Assembly: GCA_002269645.1 (NCBI GenBank)
Contig: NIVC01001774.1
Location: 62,001-126,000, forward strand
Length of the DNA: 64,000 bases
Source of the DNA: Macrostomum lignano
Lineage: Eukaryota
Direction of reading: 5' to 3'
A model generated the notes under the pieces. That model was not told the origin of the DNA and searched no databases. It worked only from the letters and a program-made list of their open reading frames with translations. Positions 22,401 through 36,464 of the stretch are shown one piece after another. A program made the translations under genes and the position numbers. The stretch's first letter is position 1. Each line of letters starts with the position of its first letter.

Positions 22401-25400
22401 ATGGGCGACAGAGGAGGCGCTATCGGTGAGTTTTATTGCGAGCATTCACTTGCACTACGATGTGCTATAGCTGTGCTCATGGTGTGCTCATGGTGTGCTC
22501 ATGCTGTGCTCATGGTGTGCTCATGGTGTGCTCATGCTGTGCTCATGGTGTGCTCATGTTGTGCTCACACTGTGCTCACACTGTGCTCACGCTGTGCTCA
22601 TGGTGTGCTCATGCTGTGCTCACGCTGTGCTAATGGTGTGCTCATGCTGTGCTCACAATGTGCTCATGTTGTGCTCATGCTGTGCTCACACTGTGCTCAT
22701 GCTGTGCTCACACTGTGCTCATGCTGTGCTCTATAAAGCTCTGCAACAATCTTATCATCTAATTTAATCTATTCTTCATCTGATCGAATCCGATCTAATC
22801 TAATCTACGGCTCATTATCTCATCTCATCTCATCTCATCTAGTCTAATCTAATCTGATCTATTCTAAACTAAACTAAACTAATCTAATCTAGCTCGTAAT
22901 CTAATCTAGTCATCCGACACCTCCCTCATTTGTCCTCTGGCCCAATTCTGCCAGCTGCCATCTGTAAGCCCGGGCGCGTCCTATACAAAGTCACGTGCAA
23001 CGGCGATCGGCACTGCTCGCCGAGGCCTTTTTAACCCGGCGATCCCCGTTGGATATTTGCCAATAAAAACGACCCGGCAAACAGGATTTCCGAGCCCTGG
23101 AAACTGGCTGTAGGGTCCTCTAGATAGATAGTGAAAACTGGATTGAAGGGTTTTGTGGGGTGGGGGGGTTCGACGGGAGTGAAGGGAGGAAAGGAGAAAA
23201 GCAGATAAAAATGAGGATTCGGAAGCGACCTTGATACGGGACAGACATTTCAAAAGAGACAAATCTTTTGCGCAACCCGAAGCCAGAACTGTGCAGGCAG
23301 TCCCTTTTGCACTTTTTTGCTCCCCCTCCCTTCCCGGTACCGCAGACTAAAGTTGTCTGTAAAGTTGCGATACCAAGGCAGCTGCCTCGCCATACTGCGA
23401 GCATGTGCTTCAGTGAAGGCTGGTCCAACTTTCTTTCTCTGCTTCCCATCTTGCCAGAAGCCGCGGATTCAATTCCTGTGTGTTTTCCAGCTGAATAATT
23501 GAATGCTGGCGACGGCTGGTGGTGGCCTTCTCCAGCCACCGGAATTCTTGCGGATTTCGGAACGTACACCTGCTTTCCCTATCGTCCTCCCTCTATTAGC
23601 ATCGGTGCGCGTAAAAAATGAAAGTAAATTTCACGCACTCAGCCGCACTGGGCTGTGAGAACTAATTCTTTCATAAACACCTTGACAAAATATTGACGCA
23701 TTTTTGTCTTTGCCGCGATGGGCCTGGTTCGTTGGGGCGGGGGTGGAGAATCGGGATAGGTAGCTTCTGAGGCAGTGGAAAGAAAAAGAAAAGCCAAGTG
23801 AGCGATAGAGAAGCCATATGAACGATAGAGAAGCCATATGAACGATAGAGAAGTTATATGAACGATAGAGAAGCCCTAGTAGCCATAGAGAAGCTATAAA
23901 AATGACTGAGAAGCCATATTAACGACCGAGAAGCCATATAAGACATAGAGAGAAGCCATATTAGCGATAGAGAAGCCATATGAACGATAGAGAAGCCATA
24001 TTAGCGATAGAAAAGCCATATTAAAGAAAGAAAAGCCATATTAACGAAAGAGAAGCCATATGAACGATAGAGAAGCCATATAAACGATAGAGAAGCCATA
24101 TGAACGATAGGGAAGCCATGTTAACGAAAGAGAAGCCATATTAGCGATAGAGAAGCCATATTAGCGATAGAGAAGCCATATTAACGAAAGAGAAGCCATA
24201 TGAACGATAGAGAAGCCATATGAACGATAGAGAAGCCATATGAACGATAGAGAAGCCATATTAACGAAAGAGAAGCCATATTAGCGATAGAGAAGCCATA
24301 TTAGCGATAGAGAAGCCATATTAACGAAAGAGAAGCCATATGAACTATAGAGAAGCCATATTAGCCATATAGAAGCCATATTAACGATAGAGAAGCCATA
24401 TGAACGATAGAGAAGCCATATAAACGATAGAGAAGCCATATGAACGATAGAGAAGCCATATTAACGAAAGAGAAGCGATATTAGCGATAGAGAAGCCATA
24501 TTAGCGATAGAGAAGCCATATTAGCGATAGAGAAGCCATATTAGCGATAGAGAAGCCATAGAGAGAGAAGCCAAACGAGTTCGAAGTTAGCTCAGCATCC
24601 TCACACCTAACGAACTCAACTCCATCAAGGTGCTGCTGATATTCCCGCCCGAAGACACTCTGCTCTGTCGCTTAGCCAAGGCCGCTGAGTCATTTGGCCT
24701 GGCCTGCGACATCGCCTGCGCTTCCAGCTGCGGCGTCGGCAGCGGTGGAGGGCCATCAGATGGCGGAGAGGCGGCCGCCGCTGCCCTGACAAAATTCTCG
24801 CGCTCCCGGCATCAGCTGGTGCTGCTGGACAGGCGCGACAGCAGCCCGGCCGCCGCCGACAATCTGCTGCGAGCGATGAAGTCGGTGGCAGGGGCGGCAG
24901 GCTACTCCGCGCCCGTTTTTGTTGCTGTCACCAAGTCTGGGTGAGCGGCTATGGAGAATCGGCGAATCTAAGTGGAATGGATGGTTTCTTTAGCATTGCT
25001 GGAGGGTGTCCACAGTAGTCGGCGGAGTGTCCAGAGAACGTGGATGGGTATCTATAATAGTCTGCATGGTGTCCAGAGAAGTTGGATGGGGTCCACAACA
25101 GCCGGAATGTGGTGTCCAAAGAATGTGGATAGGTGTCCACTTGTAGTTTGAAGGGTGTCCACAGAAGGTGGATGTTTGTCCACAGTAGTCATAAGGTGGG
25201 AGGGTATTTGTGTCCGAATTTGTGTCCGAGTTTCATGGTGACTCTCCCGCTATCATCTCGCCTTGCAGACAGTGCCGAGGTTCCAGCCTCGGAGACCTGC
25301 TGCAGATTGGCTATGACAAGGTGAGTTCGTCAGTCTTCTGCCCGCGACTTGTAGAAATTGCATGTAGAACTCCTAAAGGCGGTAATTTAATAGTGTTATC

Positions 25401-28400
25401 AGTTATCAGTAGCAAGCGGAAGTAGTATATGGCCTTTATTGCCTCTATAGCTCGTAACACGCTCATTCTAAATCTCTCGCTCACTCTCTCCCTCCATCAA
25501 CCGCTGTAAACTCCGAGAGAAAGAGAGAGAGAGACTGCGATAGAATTTCATCATTCCGGTTCTAACACTTCTATCAGTAAGAAGCAAAAGCAATGACTGA
25601 TCTTCTTTGGCGCAGATTCAGCTCAGTCACGGACTAGAAACTCGCGATTTGAACTATTCTTATTCTTAGAAAATTGTCTGCTTTCGAAAAAGAGGTCGAA
25701 AAAAACTAAGGTGGGAAAAGTTGAGAGCAGAGATACCAAGAGGTGATGAAGCTCTAAGTGGTCGGAAACGAGACGTGGCCTCGCTCTTAAGACTGAATTA
25801 TAAAGCCCGGGTAATCAGGACTAAAGGGGAGATAACTATTGATTTTTCCTCAAAGCAAGCTCAACTCTTTAAAATGCGTGTCGGATAGCGCCTTGGATAG
25901 CAAATTAGAGCCTTGCTACTCACTGCTTTGGTGATTTACAAGCAGCAATAGGTGGATGGAGCCTTTGGCGATTGATGAGTTGGATTAGGGCAGGACTAAT
26001 GAGCACATGTTGATGCAGACTGACAGATAAGACAGGTTGATGTGTAAAGACACGCTAATACAGACAGGTCGATAGAGACAGTCTGGTAAAGACAGGTCGC
26101 TAGAGACAGACTGATGCAGACAGGTCGCTAGAGACAGACTGATGCAGACAGGTCGATAGAGACAGACTGATGCAGACAGGTCGATAGAGACAGACTGATG
26201 CAGACAGGTCGCTAGAGACAGACTGATGCAGACAGGTCGCTAGAGACAGACTGATGCAGACAGGTCGCTAGAGACAGACTGATGCAGACAGGTCGCTAGA
26301 GACAGACTGATGCAGACAGGTCGATAGAGACAGACTGATGCAGACAGGTCGATAGAGACAGACTGATGCAGACAGGTCGATAGAGACAGACTGGTAAAGA
26401 CAGGTCGCTAGAGACAGACTGATGCAGACAGGTCGATAGAGACAGACTGGTAAAGACAGGTCGCTAGAGACAGACTGATGCAGACAGGTCGATAGAGACA
26501 TGGCCTTTCTAACTCGGAAGCAGCGACGTGCATCCAGCAAGTGTAGAAGTTCAACCCAGACTTACAGGGCAGGGCACAGTACAGAGATGAACTTACAAAC
26601 CAGACAGGGGAGTAATAGGAAAAAGGAAGTCTGTGTAACTGGAATCTGTCTGGCCGGCAATTTTTTTATAAAAGTTGATTGGAAAAATCCCGACGGCGAG
26701 GACTGGCAGAAAATCTTAACCGAGTGGGGTGCCCTGAAGATAAACAAGATCGCTGTAAATATTTTCATCCTGCTAAGTTGTCAAGTTCGGCCACTCAATT
26801 TTCTCGGACGCATTCTTCCAGATGACGCGAAATTAATTACAGAGTTGCAGTTGATGGAGAGTCTTGGCTGAGGCAACTTTTTTATCTTGTCGACCGAGCA
26901 GTCTCTCCCACAGAATACACTCAATACACTCGGGTTGATGAAAAAAGCCAGCACTACTCACAAACCACTTCACCTTAGAAGTAGCGTTGCTAGCGAATAG
27001 TTTTTGCCTCAAAAAATTTTCACAGCGAGCTTGATTGAGCATTCTGGTGTATTCTGTGGTCTCTCCTTAATTTGGATGGGGAAAGAAAATATGGAGGAAT
27101 TTCTGCACTTCTCATTCGGGTAACTTCTTGGTTGCTGGAGTCTTTTGCCCTGTTGACTCGAGTCACTGCTTTTAGGCATCACTAGGAGTGTCTTAGTAGG
27201 AGTGTCTTTAGGCATCAGTAGGAGTGTCTTAGTAGGAGTGTCTTTAGGCATCAGTAGGAGTGTCTTAGTAGGAGTGTCTTTAGGCATCAGTAGGAGTGTC
27301 TTAGTAGGAGTGTCTTTAGGCATCAGTAGGATTGTCTTTAAGCATCAGTAGGAGTGTCTTTAGGCATCAGTAGGATTGTCTTTAAGCATCAGTAGGAGTG
27401 TCTTTAGGCATCAGTAGGAGTGTCTTTAAGCATCAGTAGGAGTGTCTTTAGGCATCAGTAGGAGTGTCTTTAAGCATCAGTAGGAGTGTCTTTAAGCATC
27501 AGTAGGAGTGTCTTTAAGCATCAGTAGGAGTGTCTTTAAGCATCAGTAGGAGTGTCTTTAAGCATCAGTAGGAGTGTCTTTAAGCATCAGTAGGAGTGTC
27601 TTTAAGCATCAGTAGGAGTGTCTTTAAGCATCAGTAGGAGTGTCTTTAAGCATCAGTAGGAGTGTCTTTAAGCATCAGTAGGAGTGTCTTTAAGCATCAG
27701 TAGGAGTGTCTTTAAGCATCAATAGGAGCGTCTGCAACCACTAAAGCTTGAGAGCAGCAGTGTCTTAAGGTGTATTGGTGCTCTACTAAGAGCAGACATG
27801 CTTCAAATAGCAGACCTTCAGCAGCAATCTGCACCTCACCACCGCCCCACCCCCAATTAGAAAATCAAAGAGGACCAGTGCGACAGCGTTGATGCCTGCA
27901 TTGAAGTGCTGCTGTCGCTTCAAAAGTGCGCTTGCCGGCATCAGCAGCGTCTCGGCTCTCTGGCTGTTGTGCTCACTGCTCTTGGCAACTGCACGGACGC
28001 TGTTGAGATTACTGACTGCAAGTTTGGCATACAGGTGAGTCCTGCTTAAAACTTTAGCAGAAAATGCACAATCCTACACAGAACCAGGCACAATCCTACA
28101 CAGAACCAGGCACAATCCTACACAGAACCAGGCACAATCCTACACAGAGCCATGCACAATCCTACACAGAACCATGCACAATCCTACACAGAGCCAGGCA
28201 CAATCCTACACAGAACCAGGCACAATCCTACAGAGCCAGGCACAATCCTACACAGAACCAGGCACAATCCTACAGAGCCAGGCACAATCCTACACAGAAC
28301 CAGGCACAATCCTACAGAGCCATGCACAATCCTACACAGAACCAGGCACAATCCTACAGAGCCAGGCACAATCCTACACAGAGCCATGCACAATCCTACA

Positions 28401-31400
28401 CAGAACCATGCACAATCCTACACAGAACCAGGCACAATCCTACACAGAACCAGGCACAATCCTACACAGAACCAGGCACAATCCTACACAGAGCCAGGCA
28501 CAATCCTACACAGAGCCATGCACAACCCTACACAGAGCCATGCACAATCCTACACAGAGCACAATCATATTGTGACAGTGATTGGGAATTGAAACTAAAC
28601 TTTTTAAAAGTCATATCAGACGTTCTCTCAAATCCCATCGTTTATTAATGATCCTCTATATGCTGAATATAGAGAAGCTGCCTCTCTCCCCCTCTTGCGC
28701 CCCTGAGCCACAATACAAACAGCTGCAACAGTTGAAGGTTTCAGATAGCAGCTATGTGAAAAGCGCACGGTGTTCTCGCGTGTTTACGCTAGCAAGTAGC
28801 CCCTCTGATTTCCAGGCAACGGACAAAGAGGATCCACTCTCGAGATTAAAACAGAGCAATCGAGGCTAACTAGTCAGGGACCCCCCTGCTATTCCCTTTG
28901 CACGGCTGTTTTTAAGCTCACTCGGCTCAAGCATCGGTCCTCTCCCGGTCCTTGCTGCTAGCAAATGCAATTACGAATTCAATGCGTTCGCGCCTGTCTC
29001 TGAGCAAATTTGAGACACTGCTTCGGATTTCTTGTTCAGCGAAGGAGAACCTGAGACGGGGAGTAAAGCATCAGTAGGAGTGTTAAAGACAGGAGTAAAG
29101 TGAGATGAATAGCATTGGAGGCTTCATCAAATCAGGCCCGCTTATGAGCATCCCGCATCCTAAGCTGGTCACACACCCAATCAGTCAGTTAAGCACACCT
29201 ATGCTTAACTGGTCACACATCCAGTCAGTCAGTTGAGCACACCTATGCTTAACTGGTCACACATCCAGTCAGTCAGTTGAGCACACCTATGCTTAACTGG
29301 TCACACATCCAGTCAGTCAGTTGAGCACACCTATGCTTAACTGGTCACACATCCAGTCAGTCAGTTGAAAACACCTATGCTTAACTGGTCACACATCCAG
29401 TCAGTCAGTTAAGCACACCTATGCTTAACTGGTCACACACCCAGTCAGTCAGTTAAGCACACATATGCTTAACTGGTCACACACCCAGTCAGTCAGTTGA
29501 GCACACCTATGCTTAACTGGTCACACGTCCAGTCAGTCAGTTAAGCACACCTATGCTTAACTGGTCACACACCCAGTCAGTCAGTTGAGCACACCTATGC
29601 TTAACTGGTCACACACCCAGTCAGTCAGTTGAGCACGCCTATGCTTAACTGGTCACACGTCCAGTCAGTCAGTTGAGCACACCTATGCTTAACTGGTCAC
29701 ACGTCCAGTCAGTCAGTTAAGCACACCTATGCTTAACTGGTCACACATCCAGTCAGTTAGTCAGTTGAACACCTCATATCATTCCCATCCTTCAATCAAA
29801 CAACACAACCGCAGTACGTGAACGCGGCTCACGAGAAAATGTTTGGCTACGCCATGAGCGACCTGGCGGGTCGCAACACTTTGGACACAATTCACCGGCA
29901 TCCGACAGATCGGGTCGCGGAGGAAACCACAAAGAACCTGACGCTGTGTCTGAAGCGAGGCAAAGTAAACTGACTGTAATTTTCAACTGAAGTAACTAGA
30001 GTTTATCCACTCCAATTATGTTTATGACTACAGACCTCTTATCTATTGCTCAGGCATGGGATGGAATATTAACTGGCCGACGCAAATCCGGCACCAGTCT
30101 AGACCACTACAGCGCTGTGTACCCCGTGCGCGACTGTCATGGGTGCGTGAGCTTGTTTCAAACTAGTTGACCATATTCTCTAATAATCTTTCTCCTACAA
30201 ACAGAGCGCGGTACTACTGGAAGTAGGCAAAGTAGTGCAAGAAATTCCCCAAAATGTATTTTATGATAACTGTTCTGCACTACTAGTTCGGTTCATCGAT
30301 TTGTCTGGCTGCGTCGGTCTCTGAACGGCGGTTCAGTTGCTGATAGTCAGCACAATCCGCAGCTGCAGCTTTCGCCAACTGCTGCAGCTGCAACTGCGGC
30401 CGCTGCTGCAGCGGCTCCGTGCCGAAAGTCCAGCAGCACCCTGGCCACGCCGCGCCATTCAGCCAGTCGACGCGGCTCGGCGGTGGCTCGAGCGGGCAGC
30501 TCGGCAGCAATTGACGCGCCGATTAATAAGGTTTAATCATATTGAAGATTGAAAATTTTATCAGGTGTTCCGTGTATGCGAATTTCTCTCGGATGCTGTT
30601 GAGTTTGATGTGTTCTGTGTATGCGAATGGCTCTCGGATGCTGTTGAGTTTGAGGTGTTCTGTGTATGCGAATGGCTCTCGGATGCTGTTGAGTTTGAGG
30701 TGTTCTGTGTATGCGAATATCTCTCCGATGCTGTTGAGTTTGAGGTGTTCTGTGTATGCGAATATCTCTCCGATGCTGTTGAGTTTGAGGTGTTCTGTGT
30801 ATGCGAATATCTCTCCGATGCTGTTGAGTTTGAGGTGTTCTGTGTATGCGAATGGCTCTCGGATGCTGTTGAGTTTGAGGTGTTCTGTGTATGCGAATAT
30901 CTCTCCGATGCTGTTGAGTTTGTGGTGTTCTGTGTATGCGAATGGCTCTCGGATGCTGTTGAGTTTGAGGTGTTCTGTGTATGCGAATATCTCTCCGATG
31001 CTGTTGAGTTTGAGGTGTTCTGTGTATGCGAATGTCTCTCCGATGCTGTTGAGTTTGAGGTGTTCTGTGTATGCGAATGTCTCTCGGATGCTGTTGAGTT
31101 TGAGGTGTTCTGTGTATGCGAATGTCTCTCCGATGTTGTTGAGTTTGAGGTGTTCTGTGTATGCGAATGGCTCTCGGATGCTGTTGAGTTTGAGGTGTTC
31201 TGTGTATGCGAATGTCTCTCCGATGCTGTTGAGTTTGAGGTGTTCTGTGTATGCGAATTTCTCTCCGATGCTGTTGAGTTTGAGGTGTTCTGTGTATGCG
31301 AATGTCTCTCCGATGCTGTTGAGTTTGAGGTGTTCTGTGTATGCGAATATCTCTCCGATGCTGTTGAGTTCGAGACGTTCTGTGTATGCGAATGTCTCTC

Positions 31401-34400
31401 CGATGCTGTTGAGTTTGAGGTGTTCTGTGTATGCGAATGGCTCTCGGATGCTGTTGAGTTTGAGGTGTTCTGTGTATGCGAATGTCTCTCCGATGCTGTT
31501 GAGTTTGAGGTGTTCTGTGTATGCGAATTTCTCTCCGATGCTGTTGAGTTTGAGGTGTTCTGTGTATGCGAATTTCTCTCGGATGTTTCTGTGCTCAAGT
31601 TGATCAGTTCGTTATATCCCAGTTATTTGAAACTTGCCACTGACACCATTCGCTTCGCTCAGGTGATCAACCTGATCGTCATGGTGCAGGACGGCAGTTC
31701 GCCAGTTGTGGCTGCCGCACTGGACAAAGTGCTGGACATTCTGCACCAGTCGACTGACCTGTACTCAGGCGAGATTGCCAACTTGCAAGACGACCGAGTG
31801 ACGTCCGATTATGTTGGTGGCCTAATGGCGGTAAGCAAATTTGTTGGGTTTTCTATTTCGGACCATCCTCAGCATTCAGTTAGTCATTCGAGTGCCTGTT
31901 AAAACCGCTCATAAACAACCTTGCAGAGCGGGCCCAGATTGCCGGAGAAGAAGCGGCATTCGATGCCGGCTCAGCGACGTGAGTACCTGTCAATCTGGCG
32001 ACAACTTCGTGGACTCTGAGCTTGAAATTACTGTAATATAGGCAGCTAGAAAATCCAACTGGAAAAAAATTCATTCAATGCTCACCTCTCTATTTTGTTT
32101 CCATTGACCAGCCCCATTGTTAACTTGCAGGTCCGAGACCCTCAGAGGTCATGAAGGAGCACATTAGCCAACTGTTAGGTACCTTAGTTTCATATGCATG
32201 CATTTCGGCCCCTCAATTGCTGCTTGGCTTTGGCGATAACTTGCCTATTCATCAGGCCAGCCTCCTAGATTAATGTAATTACGAGGCCGCAGTCTCCTTT
32301 TCTCTTTCAGCTGCTTCTCCTCTCCATCTTTATTCCTAAGACTAATGACCCGTCATTAGGGAAGTCGCCAATCAATCCCTCCTCATGCTAGACTGCGGCT
32401 GGGGCTCCGTCACTTCTTCACTTCCCCTTTTTTCAAGGTGGCTACTGCCATGACACAGACCCTTCACCTGTATCGATTCAATAATTGTCGTTGGAAACAG
32501 GGCTGAAATTATGCAGAATTAATTTTCTTCTGCATTGATCCTTAATTTACAACATGGCTCTGAATAAGTCTTCTCAATTTTATAGAAGAGATGAGATGGA
32601 AGAAGACGGGAACGGAAAGATAGGAGGGGAGATTAGAGTTGAAGAGAACAGAAGAGAGAAAACAGAAGAGGAGAGGAGAACTATGGTTTTGTAAATATAG
32701 CTTTCTCACTGTATCGCATCTAAATCTAACACCTCAAATCTAACACCGCTCGCTCAAAATCAGTTTGCAGTGAAATTCGAACCAATTGCTAAAGCCAGTT
32801 ATTGATTGCGGTGCCAGACTTAGTGGCTGGACTACTTAACTACCGCCATAGCCTACATAATCATAATTAGGCGCTAAAACATCCAAAAACTCCACCCTCA
32901 AACCGGGGCGCAGAGAATTCGGCCAGCGCTATGCAGTCATTGCGCGACACGCCAGATTACCTGCTGCATTACCTGGAGAACGACGACAACTGGAATTTCG
33001 ACATTTTGGCTCTGGAACGAGTCACCGACCGCAAACCGATGGTGCACCTGGCCATGCGGACGCTGCGCAGATTCCAGGTGTGCCAGTACCTGCAGTGCAG
33101 CGAGGACACCATGCTGCGGTGGCTGCAGGTGATTCAGGACCACTACAGGGCGGACAACTGCTACCACAATGCCACACACGGAGCCGACGTGATGCAGTGC
33201 TCGGCCTATTTCCTGAGCCGAGACCGGGTCAGGCTGGCCTTCGACGAGACTGACGAAGCCGCTTCGCTACTTGGCGCTCTGGTGCACGACTTGGACCATC
33301 CGGGCAGGACCAACCCGTTCCTGATTAACTGCCGACACCGCCTGGCGCTGCTGTATAACGATATGTGAGTTTGAGAAACTCGGAGCGTGAGAAGCTGCTA
33401 GAACTTGAGTAAACTCAGAGATGAAGGAGTTAACGCATTGCTAAGAGGGTTACGAGGGCCGGCTAGGGTTATGCTGTGTTTTTTCCGCACCAATTGCTTT
33501 GAAAATTTACAGGCAGTTTTCCGTGTATGCAATTAATCATCATATAAATTGCCAAGTCGGTTTGTCTATGGATTTCAGCTTCATTAGTCTCTGACTGAAG
33601 TCAGGGGCCGTAGCCCAGAGGTCTGGCGCGGCGCTCTCCTGTACCAGCGGCCCAGGCTCGATTCCAAGTGCAGTCACATTAAGTTGGGGCTAAATTGGAA
33701 TCTCGGCTTGGCTCTGCTCGGGCAATTAACGGCCTTGAGAGCCAACCCCCAAGGCACAGTGAAGTGTACATGCCTAACGATAAATAAAGTTAGGGCCGCC
33801 GTACACTCCTGTGTGAGTGTGAGCCTGTGCGTATGACTGCGTACGTATCCGCGCGCTTGTGTGCCTGCTCAGGGGAGTCGGGCGGAATGGGCAGCAATGC
33901 CTCTCGCCGGTTGTGCGACAATGTCGCTTAAAGTGCGCCAGGGTGCACACAGCCTCCTGCATCTATCTATCTAGATATGTCTGGCTGAAGTCAGTTTTCA
34001 GCATTCGGCGTTCAAGAAAATTGAACTTAGTCTGGTGGCCCAGACTACGATGTGAAATGTCGTAAGCGGTAATTTCGTCCGTTACAAAGTAAATATTACA
34101 CATTAATATTAAACTATGGATTGAAAACGCCTGTAAACAATCAGCCCCAATCGCTGCCCCCACCCAATTCTTCATTGCAGCTCAGTGCTGGAGAGCCATC
34201 ACGTCTCATTAGCTTTTCAACTGACAACTAAAGACGATAGAATAAACATATTTAAAAACATGAGCACAGACGACTACAAGCAACTCAGGCAGAGCATTGT
34301 TGACGTTGTCCTGGCAACAGAGATGGCCAAGCACTTCGAGCACGTTGGTAAATTTGCCAATCAAATTCTGGCACCGCTGCTGGCCATGGAGGAGGAGGCG

Positions 34401-36038
34401 GAAGGGGAGGGCGGGGCTGCCAGCCAGCCAATCAGCGAGGAGGAGGTGCAGGAGCTGCTCACCCGGCCTGAGAATCGCAGCCTGATCAGGCGGGTGCTCA
34501 TCAAGTGCTCGGACGTCAGCAACCCCTGCAGGCCGTTGAAGCTGTGCAAAGAATGGGCCCGACGAATCTCAGAGGAATATTTTCTGCAGGTAAGAAATCT
34601 GCTTTTAATGTATTTACTTTCTTGCACAGCTGCTCAGGTAAAAGAACGTGCATTATATTTTCAAATCATTTCTTAAACCATTTCTTAGAAATCAGGTCAC
34701 TTCTTACAACTTAAGCCATTTCTTAGAAATCAGGTCACTTCTTACAACTTAAACCATTTCTTAGAAATCAGGTCACTTCTTACAACTTAAGCCATTTCTT
34801 AGAAATCAGGTCACTTCTTACAACTTAAGCCATTTCTTAGAAATCAGGTCACTTCTTACAACTTAAGCCATTTCTTAGAAATCAGGTCACTTCTTACAAC
34901 TTAAGCCATTTCTTAGAAATCAGGTCACTTCTTACAACTTAAGCCATTTCTTAGAAATCAGGTCACTTCTTACAACTTAAGCCATTTCTTAGAAATCAGG
35001 TCACTTCTTACAACTTAAGCCATTTCTTAGAAATCAGGTCACTTCTTACAACTTAAGCCATTTCTTAGAAATCGCGCAACTTCTTAGATCGGAAGCTACT
35101 TTTGAACATTGCTTTGAATTTTCGTTAATTCTAGGAAAGCGATTATATTTTCCTAGATAGAAGACATTTAAACATTCAAAAGTGGATCCGCTTCTAGAAA
35201 GACGTAATTAACAAAAAATGATAGCAAAACAATATTTTCAATGTTTTTTCGACGCAAATTCAAAGTAAATGCTTGCGTAATGTACTTTTTCGTGCGAAAT
35301 ATGAAGTTGCCCTTTGTCGCCACTTGAACCCTGGCAAAAATACTACATATACAGTAGCAATATCGCATCGCCAAAAATGAAGTAACAACCCAATCAATTC
35401 AATGGCCCTTCAGACTGACGAAGAGAAGTCCCAAGGTTTGCCCGTAGTGATGCCAATGTTCGATAGGGCTACCTGCAACATGCCCAAGTCGCAGACCAGC
35501 TTTATTGACTTCTTTCTCAAGGAGATGTTCACCGTTTGGCACCGTGAGTTGCGGGCTGGATGTCCGGGATTGAGAATTGAATGTACATAAGTTATCATTT
35601 AGATGCGTGAATCAGACACATTCTAAACGACAATCAGACACAGTCTAACTGAGAATCAGACACAGTCTAACTGAGAGTCAGACACATTCTAACTGAGAAT
35701 CAGACACAGTCTAACTGAGAATCAGACACATTCTAACTGAGAATCAGACACAGTCTAACTGAGAATCAGACACATTCTAACTGAGAATCAGACACAGTCT
35801 AACTGAGAATCAGACACAGTCTAACTGAGAATCAGACATATCCTATATGAGCGGTACAAATGAGAGTAAAACACGGAGTCATACTACTACTTGAGAAGTA
35901 GTTGAAAGCCGCCGAAGTAGCTAAAAGCCGCCATTCACCTGCACCACCTTCGCAGAATTCTGTGATGTACCGGTCCTGCTGGAGAATCTGAACGCTAACT
36001 ACGAGTACTGGAAGAGCCTTATCGATGTTGACAGCTGA
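19490..36038 (+). CDS. PDE8: cAMP phosphodiesterase, PDE8 family (REC-like, PAS, catalytic HD domain), 15 exons, ~829 aa
   Basis: Exons: 19490-19570, 22378-22425, 24630-24940, 25269-25320, 27861-28034, 29815-29964, 30054-30142, 30287-30530, 31663-31830, 31927-31978, 32131-32178, 32914-33364, 34181-34589, 35414-35543, 35956-36038. All phases consistent. MGC N-terminus, [12 protein letters not shown] ([23 protein letters not shown]....RRKSG), [60 protein letters not shown]. Confidence 0.95.
19660..20245. repeat. 19-bp minisatellite (GAGGATGGGGAGACACTGT / GAGGATGGGGAGGTACCGT)n, PDE8 intron 1
   Basis: About 30 units of two variant types. Confidence 0.97.
21045..21640. repeat. (CTAAT/CTAAC)n pentanucleotide microsatellite, PDE8 intron 1
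   Basis: About 600-bp array; a smaller related patch at 22770-22910. Confidence 0.97.
22470..22732. repeat. 11-bp minisatellite (CATGCTGTGCT)n, PDE8 intron 2
   Basis: Tandem units; explains the [10 protein letters not shown] ORFs. Confidence 0.93.
23805..24570. repeat. 20-bp minisatellite (AGAAGCCATATGAACGATAG)n, PDE8 intron 2
   Basis: About 37 units. Confidence 0.97.
26050..26500. repeat. 28-bp minisatellite (AGAGACAGACTGATGCAGACAGGTCGAT)n, PDE8 intron 4
   Basis: About 15 units. Confidence 0.95.
27165..27730. repeat. 22-bp minisatellite (TAGGAGTGTCTTTAAGCATCAG)n, PDE8 intron 4
   Basis: About 25 units; an isolated partial unit recurs at ~29085-29105. Confidence 0.95.
28068..28562. repeat. 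22/20-bp minisatellite (GCACAATCCTACACAGAACCAG)n, PDE8 intron 5
   Basis: About 23 units. Confidence 0.95.
29165..29770. repeat. 44-bp minisatellite (CTGGTCACACATCCAGTCAGTCAGTTGAGCACACCTATGCTTAA)n, PDE8 intron 5
   Basis: About 14 units. Confidence 0.97.
30560..31590. repeat. 45-bp minisatellite, PDE8 intron 8
   Basis: About 23 units of GAGTTTGAGGTGTTCTGTGTATGCGAATATCTCTCCGATGCTGTT; unit length divisible by 3 explains the long repeat ORFs. Confidence 0.97.
33602..33975 (+). mobile_element. tRNA-derived SINE, copy 1 (PDE8 intron 12)
   Basis: Pol III A-box TAGCCCAGAGG (33611) and B-box GGCTCGATTCC (33655), unique body, (ATCT)n tail; a near-identical inverted copy at 41320-41690. Confidence 0.75.
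34672..35075. repeat. 38-bp minisatellite (GCCATTTCTTAGAAATCAGGTCACTTCTTACAACTTAA)n, PDE8 intron 13
   Basis: About 10 nearly identical units. Confidence 0.97.
35625..35840. repeat. 22-bp minisatellite (GAGAATCAGACACAGTCTAACT)n, PDE8 intron 14
   Basis: About 9 units. Confidence 0.95.
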
Positions 36039-36159
36039 GAGACACCTAGATGAAGCGAACAGCCTCTTTAAGAGAAGAATGACTTTAACGTATTGGCACA
36101 ATGTTTAAAGATGAAAAAATCGTCAATGCTTGTTTTATTGTTGAATTTTTTTTTCTTTA

Positions 36160-36165
36160 AATAAA
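36160..36165 (+). terminator. Candidate polyadenylation signal of PDE8
   Basis: AATAAA about 120 nt after the stop codon. Confidence 0.45.
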
Positions 36166-36464
36166 CTCCGTTACTAACGAACTCCTATGGTGTAAATAAG
36201 CAACACTACTGTTTCCAATTATCATTTAAATACTTAAATTTACGCGCGAAATGTAAGCACTCATTCGTTACTGACTCACTGACTCTAAAGTCCAAACTTC
36301 ATCAAGGAATGAGGGATTCAATATGCTCGAATTAGGTCTTGGGTTGCTTAAACGTCTTGGCGAAGCATATTGATCTCGATTTTTTATACCTCACCAGAGA
36401 GTGATTGGCATAGACTATTGAGATTGAGTCTAATGCATGCCTTTAATTTACACTATTTAGCATA

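Noticed and set aside
22401-22425. Alternative MGDRGG start in PDE8 exon 2
   Set aside because: Leaves phase 1 at the donor; no compatible acceptor restores the PDE8 frame at 24630
25740-25790. Hammerhead-like GTGATGA...GAAAC
   Set aside because: Core has G instead of C and stem II does not pair; no hammerhead or HDV ribozyme was convincing anywhere in the window
30542-31902. Long ORFs in several frames (353, 345, 445 aa)
   Set aside because: Products of a 45-bp (3n) minisatellite; only 31663-31830 is a real PDE8 exon
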